From Ignavibacteriota bacterium (GTDB lineage Bacteria > Bacteroidota > Ignavibacteria > UBA10030), in the NCBI GenBank assembly GCA_003142575.1, contig PLMS01000051.1, positions 560 through 61,248 of the forward strand: a stretch of 60,689 bases of DNA. Direction: 5' to 3'. Below are positions 30,529 through 39,766 of this stretch, one piece after another. Below the pieces are notes generated by a model. It searched no databases and was not told where the DNA came from. It saw nothing but the letters and a program-made list of their open reading frames with translations. Both the position numbers and the translations under genes were made by a program. The stretch's first letter is position 1. Every line of letters starts with the position of its first letter.

Positions 30529-31596
30529 ATGACATTAAACAAAACGAAGATTATACATACCCTGTCGAAATTGCTCGATCAGCAAAATCTCAATCGAATC
30601 CGAGATACCGTTAAGGATTTTAAGACAAATGCTGCAAAACTGCCGAGCGATAAAAAAGGATTTTTTAACATCGGTTCTAATGGAAACACGATAAAGGTCA
30701 GTTCAAAGTATCTCATGGGTGAACTTGACCAAATACTCGACACTAAAACCATCGAACGAACAAAATATTATATCCGGCGATTGGTCCGCGCTCTCTCCGA
30801 GTCAAAGACAAGCAAGATCAATGATCTGAATTTACATCGATGGAAAGAATACGGCGATATTTTTACCGACAGTCTTTGGGTTTTGGATAAACGCGGTACC
30901 TCCGGGGCGCACAGCGGCGGTTATTGGGGCAACTTTATCCCTCAGATCCCGAATCAATTGTTACGGCGTTATACGAAAAAAGATGAATGGGTCCTCGATG
31001 CTTTTCTGGGCAGTGGAACAACATTGATAGAAAGCAAGCGATTGGGAAGGAATGGTGTTGGAGTAGAACTTTTGCGGAAAGTTGCGCACTCTGCTGCAAA
31101 GGCAATCGAGCAGGAAGATGATTTGTTCTCCGCTCGAACAGAAATAATTGTCGGCGATAGTTCAAGCTTGGATTTTAAATCGGAATTGAAGCAGCGAAAC
31201 ATTAAAAGCGTCCAATTTCTGATCATGCACCCACCGTACTGGGATATTATCAAATTTAGCAAAGACAAAAAGGATTTATCAAACGCAAAAACAATGAACG
31301 AATTCTTAAATCTTTTTGGAAAAGTTGTCGACGCTACATATCCTGTGTTGGACAAAGGCCGTTATTTCGCAGTGGTTATTGGCGATAAATATTCCGGTGG
31401 CAATTGGATTCCTCTTGGTTTTTATACGATGCAGGAAGTTCTCAAGCGTGGATATTCTCTCAAATCCATTATTATTAAGAATTTCGATGAGACAAAAGGA
31501 AAAAGAAATCAGAAAGAACTTTGGCGATATCGTGCATTAGTTGGCGGCTTTTATATTTTCAAGCACGAATATATATTCCTGTTTAAGAAAGAGTAG
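30529..31596 (+). CDS. DNA amino-methyltransferase (N4/N6 type), orphan
   Basis: GNFIPQI, DAFLGSGTT (motif I), HPPYW (motif IV variant), HEYIFLF; no nuclease beside it. Confidence 0.87.
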   Translation: MTLNKTKIIHTLSKLLDQQNLNRIRDTVKDFKTNAAKLPSDKKGFFNIGSNGNTIKVSSKYLMGELDQILDTKTIERTKYYIRRLVRALSESKTSKINDLNLHRWKEYGDIFTDSLWVLDKRGTSGAHSGGYWGNFIPQIPNQLLRRYTKKDEWVLDAFLGSGTTLIESKRLGRNGVGVELLRKVAHSAAKAIEQEDDLFSARTEIIVGDSSSLDFKSELKQRNIKSVQFLIMHPPYWDIIKFSKDKKDLSNAKTMNEFLNLFGKVVDATYPVLDKGRYFAVVIGDKYSGGNWIPLGFYTMQEVLKRGYSLKSIIIKNFDETKGKRNQKELWRYRALVGGFYIFKHEYIFLFKKE

Positions 31597-31776
31597 CAAT
31601 GGCTGCCACCCATATATTCATTGTTGATGTCATTATATTTTAATGCAATTTTGAGTATTTATTTTCCGAAGTCGACGCCAAAGACAATAAAGCGGTTATC
31701 AGAAAAATTCTATTTTGTGTAATATCAGCTAAATAATTGTGCGCCTATCACGCAACATTTTAACAAGGAGGATCTT

Positions 31777-32577
31777 ATGGCAAAGCGCAAAACTGTTTTT
31801 CGTCCTAAAACCGGTTCTTCAAAAAAACTCCGCTATGGCTGGATACCGGATTTACCCGATCACCGCGATCTTCTCTATGGTGCGGTACGCCCTGGTACGT
31901 TGGAAATTCCACAGCACGTGGATTTACGTTCCACTTGCTCACTCGTGGAGAACCAGGGAAATCTCGGAAGCTGTACAGGCAATGCTCTTGCCGGTGCATT
32001 GGAATTTCTTGAACAAAAGGACCGCATCCCCTTTGTGGATGTGAGCCGGCTGTTCATTTATTACAATGAACGTGTACTCGAAGGTTCCGTCAAATCGGAT
32101 TCAGGGGCAATGATTCGCGACGGAATCAAAACGTTAAAGCATCAAGGGGTCTGCACAGAAAAAAAATGGCCCTATATCATTTCGAAGTTTGCCGTGAAAC
32201 CGGGTCCCGCCTGTTACAAGGAGGCGCTGGATCACCAGATTACTTCGTACCGCCGCATTTTGACACTAGACGAAATGCAGAAATGCCTTGCTGAAGGATT
32301 TCCTTTCGTCTTCGGTTTTACGGTGTACGAAAGTTTCGAGTCACAGGAAGTTGCGAAGACCGGCCTCGTGCCGATGCCGCAGCCGAATGAACGCTCCGTC
32401 GGCGGACACGCAGTACTCGCCGTAGGATATGACGAAACTCAACAGCGATTCATTGTCCGCAACTCATGGGGAACCGGTTGGGGACAAAAAGGATATTTCA
32501 CAATTCCGTACGATTATGTATCTAACCGAAACCTTTCGGATGATTTCTGGACGATACGAAGAGGAGAGAAAATTTAA
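31777..32577 (+). CDS. Papain-like C1 cysteine peptidase (xylellain-like)
   Basis: YGWIPDLPDHRD, QG.LGSC, GGHAV, RNSWG. Confidence 0.93.
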   Translation: MAKRKTVFRPKTGSSKKLRYGWIPDLPDHRDLLYGAVRPGTLEIPQHVDLRSTCSLVENQGNLGSCTGNALAGALEFLEQKDRIPFVDVSRLFIYYNERVLEGSVKSDSGAMIRDGIKTLKHQGVCTEKKWPYIISKFAVKPGPACYKEALDHQITSYRRILTLDEMQKCLAEGFPFVFGFTVYESFESQEVAKTGLVPMPQPNERSVGGHAVLAVGYDETQQRFIVRNSWGTGWGQKGYFTIPYDYVSNRNLSDDFWTIRRGEKI

Positions 32578-32834
32578 AAGAGCTGCACACGGTACGACAT
32601 CACGGCGATAAAAAGGGATATCCACCTTTTGCTAAGAAGGAGCTGAACTCCAGAACTAACCCTTGATATATTACGAAAAAAAGCGTTACGGCAAACGTCG
32701 AATATGCTGATGAAATGGATGGCACTGGTTCTTTGGAATGAGTGAATTCTACAAGAAAATTCTACGTAACGAGCGTGCGTAAAATACGTTGGAAATAAAT
32801 TTCCAATCGTTTTAATCCTCTTCTTGGCATCTCA

Positions 32835-33284
32835 TCAACGTTTCCATTTTTTCTGTTGTCTTACTTCCATTGTTTTGATGAGAAGGTCCAACATTTCTTC
32901 GTCTGTTTTCTCCGGTCCCGACTCAAGGAGCTTAATAAGCTTTTTCACGCGTCCCCTTGTCTGATCACTCATTTCTTCGGGAATTCTACCCCTCTTTTTA
33001 CCGTATTCAGCAGACGCTTCCGCTACCATTCCCCGCTGTTCTTTTTCAGTCTTACCATCAATAATCCAGACAACATCGCAATCTTCCTTCATCAATTGCT
33101 CTATGAGGTTTGTCGGATCAAGCTCACCGGAAAAGTACTTATTAACGTTTTGCGGCCAAATGCTCATTCGCTGAGCAAATTCTGCTTTACTCCACCCCTT
33201 CGATTTCCACCAAGACTCTAAACGATTACCTCTTTCAGCCAACCCCATTGCAACAATATTTTTTATTACTTTTTTTCTTGACAT
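32835..33284 (-). CDS. XRE/cI-like HTH regulator without S24 peptidase domain
   Basis: SKAEFAQRM.I.PQNVNKYFSG HTH, DVVWIIDG, VAEASAEY linker. Alternative start 33248. Confidence 0.75.
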   Translation of the reverse strand: MSRKKVIKNIVAMGLAERGNRLESWWKSKGWSKAEFAQRMSIWPQNVNKYFSGELDPTNLIEQLMKEDCDVVWIIDGKTEKEQRGMVAEASAEYGKKRGRIPEEMSDQTRGRVKKLIKLLESGPEKTDEEMLDLLIKTMEVRQQKKWKR

Positions 33285-33320
33285 TGCTAATAATTTATAT
33301 TATGTTTTCCACAGCGCCAA
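33278..33320. promoter_or_regulatory. Overlapping divergent sigma70-type promoters of the cI/cro-like pair
   Basis: Plus strand: TTGACA(33278)-17 bp-TATGTT(33301). Minus strand: TTGGCG(33320)-17 bp-TAAATT(33297). Confidence 0.55.
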
Positions 33321-33341
33321 CAATCGTAGGCTAAGCGAAAC

Positions 33342-33521
33342 ATGACAAAGAACTTCGCCAAAATCAAGCTGATAGTAAATCAAGCAGAAATTGCCCGACG
33401 CCTGAACATAGACAGATCGTACGTATGTCTTCTGTTCTCCGGAAAACGAGGGAGTGCAAAACGCATCGCGCAAATCAAGAAAATCCTTTTAAGAGAATTT
33501 AAAGCGTTCGAGCGAAAATAA
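33342..33521 (+). CDS. Cro-like HTH protein (59 aa, below ORF-track cutoff)
   Basis: MTKNFAKIKLIVNQAEIARRLNIDRSYVCLLFSGKRGSAKRIAQIKKILLREFKAFERK; classic QAEIARRL...SYV...SGKR HTH. Confidence 0.78.
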   Translation: MTKNFAKIKLIVNQAEIARRLNIDRSYVCLLFSGKRGSAKRIAQIKKILLREFKAFERK

Positions 33522-33548
33522 ACAAATATCAAGGAAGGAGTCGAAGGT

Positions 33549-33740
33549 ATGAACGATCAATCGAAAGAAAAGCTTGCCGATGAAATTCGACAGATTGTCG
33601 GATCTCTGAACGGTAAAATTATGGAAGCGTATCAGTATCAGATTGTAGTTGTTGTCTCTCATTCAAGCGGATTCTACTCGAACCTTTACGGAAAGCCGGA
33701 ATTAGTTACTGTTGAAATTCGAGAAGAGCACGTATTGTAA
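33549..33740 (+). CDS. Small hypothetical protein
   Basis: AAGGAG upstream; 63 aa; co-oriented with the cro-like gene. Confidence 0.55.
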   Translation: MNDQSKEKLADEIRQIVGSLNGKIMEAYQYQIVVVVSHSSGFYSNLYGKPELVTVEIREEHVL

Positions 33741-33956
33741 TATCGCACCAAGAGTGCTCCTATTTCTCCGTAACCGACAAAACGTCTCGAACCAAACGGC
33801 AAAGTAGTGGATCCAACATGGATGAAAGAAATGGACATGAGGGGTTGCTATTGCTGTAGTCAATGGTTAATTTCTTCGCAGAGTGTCATCGGAAGATTTA
33901 ATCCCAAAAAGACATTCTTCAAGTGTTTTTCTTGAAGAGAATAAAGGATCTCTGCG

Positions 33957-35066
33957 ATGAAGCGCCTAACGATCAAACGAATTGCCATTAATACAGGCGG
34001 CGGCGACGCTCCAGGACTCAATGCTGTTATCCGTGCGGTGGTGGTTTCCGCAGTCAATCGCGGTTGGGAATGTTACGGCATTCGTGACGGTTACAATGGA
34101 TTACTGGAACCCAAAAAATATCCCGAAGGCGGACTTATTCCTCTGCCCAAATCGAAAGTACGAGGCATTACGCACCTTGGTGGAACAATTCTTGGCACCA
34201 CCAACAAAGGCAATCCGTTACAATGGCCGATGAAAGGAAAAGACGGCAAGCCTCATGAAACCGATCGCACCGATGAACTGCTGAAGGCATTCAAAAAAAA
34301 CAAGATCGATGCGCTTGTTGCTGTCGGTGGTGATGGTTCTCTTGGAATAGCAAATGTTCTGGCACAAAAGGGATTGCGCGTGGTGGGCGTACCCAAGACC
34401 ATTGATAATGACCTTGATAAGACAGTCATTACATTTGGATTTGATACAGCGGTATCTTTTGCTACAACGTGCATTGATCGCCTGCACACAACAGCAGAAT
34501 CGCATCAACGTGTCATGGTAGTGGAAGTGATGGGTCGATACGCCGGTTGGATCGCTTTGGAAAGCGGTGTCTCCAGTACAGCAGATGTAATCCTGATTCC
34601 GGAAATTCCATATGATATTCACAAGATTGCAGAAAAAATTGAAGACCGCGATAAATCTGGAGCGAAATTTTCTATTGTTGTAGTTGCAGAAGGAGCTAAA
34701 CCAAAAGGTGGATCATTCTCTGTGGTCTCGAAAGAAATCGGCCGTGCTGAAAAACTTGGCGGTGCGGGTGAGCGTGTAGCAAAAGAAATCCATGAGGTCA
34801 CGGGTAAAGAAACACGCTGCGTTGTGCTTGGTCATTTACTGCGCGGTGGAACTCCGACAACGTTCGATCGTCTTATCTCGCTTCGCTTTGGAGCTGCAGC
34901 GGTGCGCGCTCTGGCCGAAGGACAAAACGGTATCATGGTCGCACTCGATCCGCCAACAGTACGGTATGTGCCGCTTGCCGATGCAACCCATCGGATGAAA
35001 ACCGTACCTCTCGATTGTGATATTATTTTAACTGCGCGTGATTTAGGAGTCAGTTTTGGAGATTGA
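33957..35066 (+). CDS. pfkA: 6-phosphofructokinase
   Basis: TGGGDAPGLN, GGTILGT, GGDGS, PKTIDND, EVMGR, VAEGA. Confidence 0.95.
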   Translation: MKRLTIKRIAINTGGGDAPGLNAVIRAVVVSAVNRGWECYGIRDGYNGLLEPKKYPEGGLIPLPKSKVRGITHLGGTILGTTNKGNPLQWPMKGKDGKPHETDRTDELLKAFKKNKIDALVAVGGDGSLGIANVLAQKGLRVVGVPKTIDNDLDKTVITFGFDTAVSFATTCIDRLHTTAESHQRVMVVEVMGRYAGWIALESGVSSTADVILIPEIPYDIHKIAEKIEDRDKSGAKFSIVVVAEGAKPKGGSFSVVSKEIGRAEKLGGAGERVAKEIHEVTGKETRCVVLGHLLRGGTPTTFDRLISLRFGAAAVRALAEGQNGIMVALDPPTVRYVPLADATHRMKTVPLDCDIILTARDLGVSFGD

Positions 35067-35172
35067 TCACGATGCAGTTTAAAACATATTTGAACTCCTA
35101 TGGAAAGATCGTTCCACGCTTTCTATTCTTTACAAATCTGACAGCCATGAGACAATTATCGGAGATAGTACC

Positions 35173-36750
35173 ATGACGACACCAAAAGACAAAGCCCGTA
35201 CAGAACGCACACAAGCAGATATCATATATGAACAGACGATCTTATTGGATTCTGCTCTCGATCCGATCATCATACGGGATTTGGACGGAAATCTCATCTT
35301 CTGGAATAAAGCAGCAGAGCGTTTGTACGGTTGGACGTTCGAAGAGGCAAAGTTATTACCTATTCATCAACTGATTGCGACGGAGGATCAAGCAAAGTTC
35401 GAGCGGGGAAAAAAAGAATTTGCTGAGAAAGGGGAATGTGCGATCGAAATGCGCCAAAAAGCAAAAAACGGCCGGATGATTATAACACATTCCCGATGGT
35501 CCGTTGCACGAAACAGGGAGGGAAATCCTTATGGCCGACTCATTATTACTCGTGATATTACAGAACAGCGGAATCTTGAAGCTCAGCTTCGCCGTTCGCA
35601 GCGTATGGAAAGTTTGGGAACGCTGGCGGGCGGCATTGCGCACGATCTCAATAATGTGCTGGCACCGATTCTTATGTCCGTCCAAATATTGAATACGAAA
35701 ATTACTGACCCAAATCTTAAAAAGCTCATTGCAGCACTCGAAACCAGCACGAAGCGAGGCAGCGATATTATTAAACAAGTGCTGACCTTTGCGCGAGGTA
35801 GTGAAAAAGATTTTGCACCTCAACAATTGCGATATATTATTTCGGAAATCGAAGCCATTATTAAGCAAACTTTCCCAAAGAATATCCAACTCCGCACCGG
35901 AGTTTCAAAAGACCTTTCACCGGTGTTAGGTGATGCAACCCAAATGAATCAAGTACTGATGAATCTCTGCATTAATGCGCGCGATGCCATGCCCGAAGGC
36001 GGCCGTCTGACTGTGACGGCTGAAGATATGTACATGGACGAAAGTTATGCCCGCTTGATACTTGATGCCCATCCGGGTCAGTATGTTATGCTCACTGTTG
36101 CAGATACCGGAACGGGAATTCCTTTAGATGTACAGGAAAAGGTTTTTGAACCGTTCTTTACAACAAAGGAAAGAGGGAAAGGCACGGGACTTGGTTTATC
36201 TTCCGTCTATGCTATTGTGAAATCACACAACGGACTTATTAAATTATACAGTGAGTATGGTAAAGGGACGGAACTTAAGATCTTTCTGCCTGCGACCCAA
36301 CAGAAGGAACGGAAATCCGAAGAAGTTACAAATAAAGAACTCTTGAGGGGGCATGGAGAACGTATTCTTGTTATCGACGATGAACTTTTCGTATTACAGA
36401 TATCGAAAGAAGTATTAGAGGTTCAAGGGTATAGTGTGATCACAGCGATGGACGGAGCGGAAGCGGTCGCTCTTTTTGCCGGTTCGGAAAAAGGCTCTAT
36501 TCAGCTTGTCATAACCGACATGAACATGCCGCTGATGGACGGTTCCTCGACCATCAGAGCGCTGAGAAGGCTTGATCCGAAAATTAAGATCATTATATCA
36601 AGCGGACTTTTAACGAATGTGAATTCCGCAGGATTAGGAGGACTCGAAACTCAGGGGTATCTTACAAAACCGTACACCGCCGAACAGCTCCTCTTGATGG
36701 TGCAGAATGTTCTGAATGCAAAAAACAGTACAGAATCAAATAAGAGTTGA
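35173..36750 (+). CDS. PAS-domain hybrid sensor histidine kinase with receiver
   Basis: PAS, AHDLNN H-box, [24 protein letters not shown], receiver (VIDD, ITD..MP.MDG, KPY). Confidence 0.94.
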   Translation: MTTPKDKARTERTQADIIYEQTILLDSALDPIIIRDLDGNLIFWNKAAERLYGWTFEEAKLLPIHQLIATEDQAKFERGKKEFAEKGECAIEMRQKAKNGRMIITHSRWSVARNREGNPYGRLIITRDITEQRNLEAQLRRSQRMESLGTLAGGIAHDLNNVLAPILMSVQILNTKITDPNLKKLIAALETSTKRGSDIIKQVLTFARGSEKDFAPQQLRYIISEIEAIIKQTFPKNIQLRTGVSKDLSPVLGDATQMNQVLMNLCINARDAMPEGGRLTVTAEDMYMDESYARLILDAHPGQYVMLTVADTGTGIPLDVQEKVFEPFFTTKERGKGTGLGLSSVYAIVKSHNGLIKLYSEYGKGTELKIFLPATQQKERKSEEVTNKELLRGHGERILVIDDELFVLQISKEVLEVQGYSVITAMDGAEAVALFAGSEKGSIQLVITDMNMPLMDGSSTIRALRRLDPKIKIIISSGLLTNVNSAGLGGLETQGYLTKPYTAEQLLLMVQNVLNAKNSTESNKS

Positions 36751-36807
36751 TATCTACATACGTGAACTACTCTTCATGAGAATCTGAATGAACATGTAAG
36801 GACGACA

Positions 36808-37296
36808 ATGCCATTAAGAATCTTTATTACAGGCGGAACATTTGACAAAGAATATAATGAACTGGACGGTAAACTGTTCTTTAAAGATACGCATTTGCCG
36901 GAAATGCTGAAACTTGGCAGATGTAAAGTTCCAGTGGAGATTCGAACGTTGATGCTGGTAGATAGTCTTGAAATGACCGATGCGGATCGCCAGATTATTG
37001 TGGAGCAATGCCGAAAATGCAAAGAAGATCGAATTGTCATTACACATGGCACCGACACAATGGAAGAGACAGCAAGGATTCTTGGTAAGAGTATCACAGA
37101 TAAAACCGTTATTCTCACCGGTGCGATGGTCCCGTATAAGTTTGGCAGTTCGGATGGACTGTTTAATCTTGGCAGCGCGCTCGCATTTGCCGAGACACTT
37201 CCACACGGCATCTATATTGCGATGAATGGCCGCTGTTTTATGTGGGATAATGTGAAGAAGAACAAGAAGACTGGCGAGTTTGAAGAACTTCGCTAA
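36808..37296 (+). CDS. Short single-domain asparaginase-family protein
   Basis: TGGTFDK, DSL.M, HGTDTM, LTGAM.P. Confidence 0.88.
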   Translation: MPLRIFITGGTFDKEYNELDGKLFFKDTHLPEMLKLGRCKVPVEIRTLMLVDSLEMTDADRQIIVEQCRKCKEDRIVITHGTDTMEETARILGKSITDKTVILTGAMVPYKFGSSDGLFNLGSALAFAETLPHGIYIAMNGRCFMWDNVKKNKKTGEFEELR

Positions 37297-37316
37297 GGTA
37301 ACAAAGATGAAAAGCG

Positions 37317-37342
37317 AAAAAGCCCGCTTTATGCGGGCTTTG
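37317..37342. terminator. Intrinsic terminator shared by tRNA-Val and asparaginase gene
   Basis: aaagcccgc / gcgggcttt stem. Confidence 0.8.
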
Positions 37343-37349
37343 CTGTTTG

Positions 37350-37424
37350 TGGACGCTGTAGGGATCGAACCTACGACCTCCGCCTTGTAAGGGCGGCGCT
37401 CTGAACCAGCTGAGCTAAGCGTCC
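37350..37424 (-). tRNA. tRNA-Val (anticodon TAC)
   Basis: GGACGCT acceptor stem, TAGCTCAGCTGG D-arm, CCGCC-CTTACAA-GGCGG anticodon arm, GTTCGATCC T-loop; CCA not encoded. Confidence 0.96.
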
Positions 37425-37658
37425 AATTTTTATTTATTATTGGTGACTTTTAAAATTTACGCAATCTTATCTCCTATTGCAAATTTCGTTTTTTCTTCGA
37501 CTGAACAAATTACATTATGAGAGTTGTACAATCTGTCGCAGCTCTTTAATGATAGAGTTGCCTTTCACACCTGCCTTTCTTACTTTACATGCGCCTTGTA
37601 GAGAGTGCTTACCCGAATGAACAGTATATTTGTATTAAGATGAGAAAAGGAAAAACAC

Positions 37659-38087
37659 ATGAACCAAACACAGAACGAAGAATCCGGATTATCCGCGAAG
37701 ATGGCATTATGCCTTGCGGCAATGACGCTTGTAGGGATTGATGGAGAGTTTACAAAAGAGGAATTGGAAAAGCTCCGGACTCTTATTCATTCCGATGAAA
37801 CTGCTTTTCTCAGAGCATTTAGTTTTTATAACGAGCGCTCCCTTGATGTCTGTATGAAAGTTGTCGCTGCACGGTTGAACGAAGAGCAAAAACAGATAAC
37901 GTATCGCGTTTTATACGATCTTGCGCACTCGGATCAAGACTTTGCGAAGAGTGAGGAAGATCTCTTAAAACAGTACGCAACTGCATTTGGACTCGCTACT
38001 AATTTTCTTGCATGGGTAAAAACTATCGGGGATAAAAATTACGATTTAACATTGTTTGATACGATTATTAATCCAAAAAATAAATAA
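37659..38087 (+). CDS. TerB-like (tellurite resistance) protein
   Basis: IDGEFTKEE and SDQDFAKSEE twin acidic motifs in a helical fold. Confidence 0.7.
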   Translation: MNQTQNEESGLSAKMALCLAAMTLVGIDGEFTKEELEKLRTLIHSDETAFLRAFSFYNERSLDVCMKVVAARLNEEQKQITYRVLYDLAHSDQDFAKSEEDLLKQYATAFGLATNFLAWVKTIGDKNYDLTLFDTIINPKNK

Positions 38088-38293
38088 CCGCCATATGGCG
38101 TCTATCCATCTACTATGATGAGATATACGCCACTTTCATTGCTTGACTCGTCGTTCATGAATCTATGGTGGGAGCAAATGATCGGCAAGTCACTCGACAA
38201 CCTTTGCAAATATTTCCTGAGGCACAAACGTCGGGAACGCACATAACCATAGGGTGAAAGTGCCTGACCACTATTGACATTAGTTATAAAATA

Positions 38294-38932
38294 ATGAAAG
38301 AACAGCCAATACACACACTCATCGATCTCTCGCATCCTATCATTGACCGCATGCCGGTGTACCCGGGCGATGAACCAGCGCGGCTGGAAAAGATCAATGA
38401 CTTTGCGCGGGATAGGTTCAGCAATTTCCGTTTCACGAGCGGTATGCATACCGGCACACATATCGACGGGCCGATGCACATGACGAAGTCCGACCGCTTC
38501 ATCGATGAACTTCCGCTGGAACGGTTTATCGGAACGGGGTGCTTCTTGAATGCTGTCGGGATGAAGGTTATTGCATGTACACCGGAGTTTACATCCGCAA
38601 TTGTCCCGGAAAGTATTGTTCTTATCTATACCGGATTCGGAAAACAATTTGGCAACGAAGAATATTTTCGTGATTTTCCTATCGTCAGTATGGAATTGGC
38701 GCAATTTCTTGTCGACCAGCGAATCAAGATGGTTTGTTTCGATTCGCCTTCGCCCGACAAATCTCCTTACAATATTCATACGTATCTTTTGAAGAATTCT
38801 GTTCTTATCGCTGAAAATTTGACCGGCATGGAAAAACTTCTTACGGTCAAGAAGTTCGAGGTCCTAGCATTTCCATTGCGAATTCACGCCGATAGTTCGC
38901 CGGCGAGGATTGTTGCACGAATACTGGAGTGA
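38294..38932 (+). CDS. Cyclase family protein (kynurenine formamidase-like)
   Basis: DLSH, YPGD, HTGTHIDGPMH, D.PSPD, IAENL, SPAR. Confidence 0.92.
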   Translation: MKEQPIHTLIDLSHPIIDRMPVYPGDEPARLEKINDFARDRFSNFRFTSGMHTGTHIDGPMHMTKSDRFIDELPLERFIGTGCFLNAVGMKVIACTPEFTSAIVPESIVLIYTGFGKQFGNEEYFRDFPIVSMELAQFLVDQRIKMVCFDSPSPDKSPYNIHTYLLKNSVLIAENLTGMEKLLTVKKFEVLAFPLRIHADSSPARIVARILE

Positions 38933-38963
38933 ACCTATGGACAGCAGCACACAGCCGCGCGCA

Positions 38964-39641
38964 CTACGGAAGCGCATTGAGACGATTCCATTGCTGTTCG
39001 GAAAATTCTCTCAACGATTTTAGCTTTCTATCTGCAATATCAAATCGTGCCTCGTTCCACTGTTCTGCCATCGGAATGACGACTGTTTTCATTCGTGCTG
39101 CCTTCGCTGCAATGAGTCCGTTGAACGAATCCTCAATGACTAAACAATGTGCCGGAGGAATGCGCAAGTGTTTCGCTGTCGTGAGAAATACTGCGGGATG
39201 CGGCTTACCGTATTCTTCCCGTTCGGCAGAATGAACGACACTAAATGTATTCTCCATAGAAAATTTGTTCAGCACGGTTTTGATGAGTCGCATGGCTGAG
39301 GATGAGGCAAGTGCCGTTGGAATCCGGCGGTTTTTAAAAAACTCCAACACATCCATCACACCATCCAGCAGAACTGCTCGTTCACGAACACGCAGTTCCA
39401 CACCGGTTAAGATCTCGCCGGAGACTTGTTCCAATGATTTATGATTCCAGGGATTCTGTGTATGACGGTACGCGACGACATCGCTCACCGGTAAGCCGGT
39501 GGTTTCAATACATTGTTCGCGTGTCAGGTGAATTCCTACCGTCGCAAAAATTTCTATTTCAGCTTCCTGCCAAAAAGGCTCGGAGTCCAGCAGCACACCG
39601 TCCATATCGAAAATCACTGCGTCGATCATTCTTTCCTCCAT
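38964..39641 (-). CDS. HAD-family sugar phosphatase (YniC/HxpB-like)
   Basis: FDMDGVLLDSEPFWQ, ASSS, GKPHP.V, EDS.NG..AAKAA. Confidence 0.9.
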   Translation of the reverse strand: MEERMIDAVIFDMDGVLLDSEPFWQEAEIEIFATVGIHLTREQCIETTGLPVSDVVAYRHTQNPWNHKSLEQVSGEILTGVELRVRERAVLLDGVMDVLEFFKNRRIPTALASSSAMRLIKTVLNKFSMENTFSVVHSAEREEYGKPHPAVFLTTAKHLRIPPAHCLVIEDSFNGLIAAKAARMKTVVIPMAEQWNEARFDIADRKLKSLREFSEQQWNRLNALP

Positions 39642-39766
39642 CTTAATCTAACAGAGAATAATCTGAATGGCAAGCGAACAGGCATCTCTTGTGTGCTCCT
39701 TATGTCGGGGCTGAGACAGATTGAAACCCTTCAGGTTTTTGCTTACTTTGTCTTTCATCAATATCG

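Noticed and set aside
30529-33740. Methylase + C1 peptidase + cI/cro as one defence or induction system
   Set aside because: Genes are separated by 180-260 bp gaps and are partly convergent; the xylellain-like peptidase is a common stand-alone family. No evidence of functional linkage.
36808-37296. Truncated asparaginase pseudogene
   Set aside because: Clean start, stop and motifs; short single-domain asparaginases are a known class.
38219-38268. ggcac...gtgcc three-way-junction-like RNA upstream of the cyclase gene
   Set aside because: Stems are short and lack hammerhead (CUGAnGA) or c-di-GMP riboswitch cores; likely chance.
37350-38300. Integrative island at tRNA-Val
   Set aside because: No integrase and no duplicated tRNA 3' end seen; terB lies on the 5' side of the tRNA.
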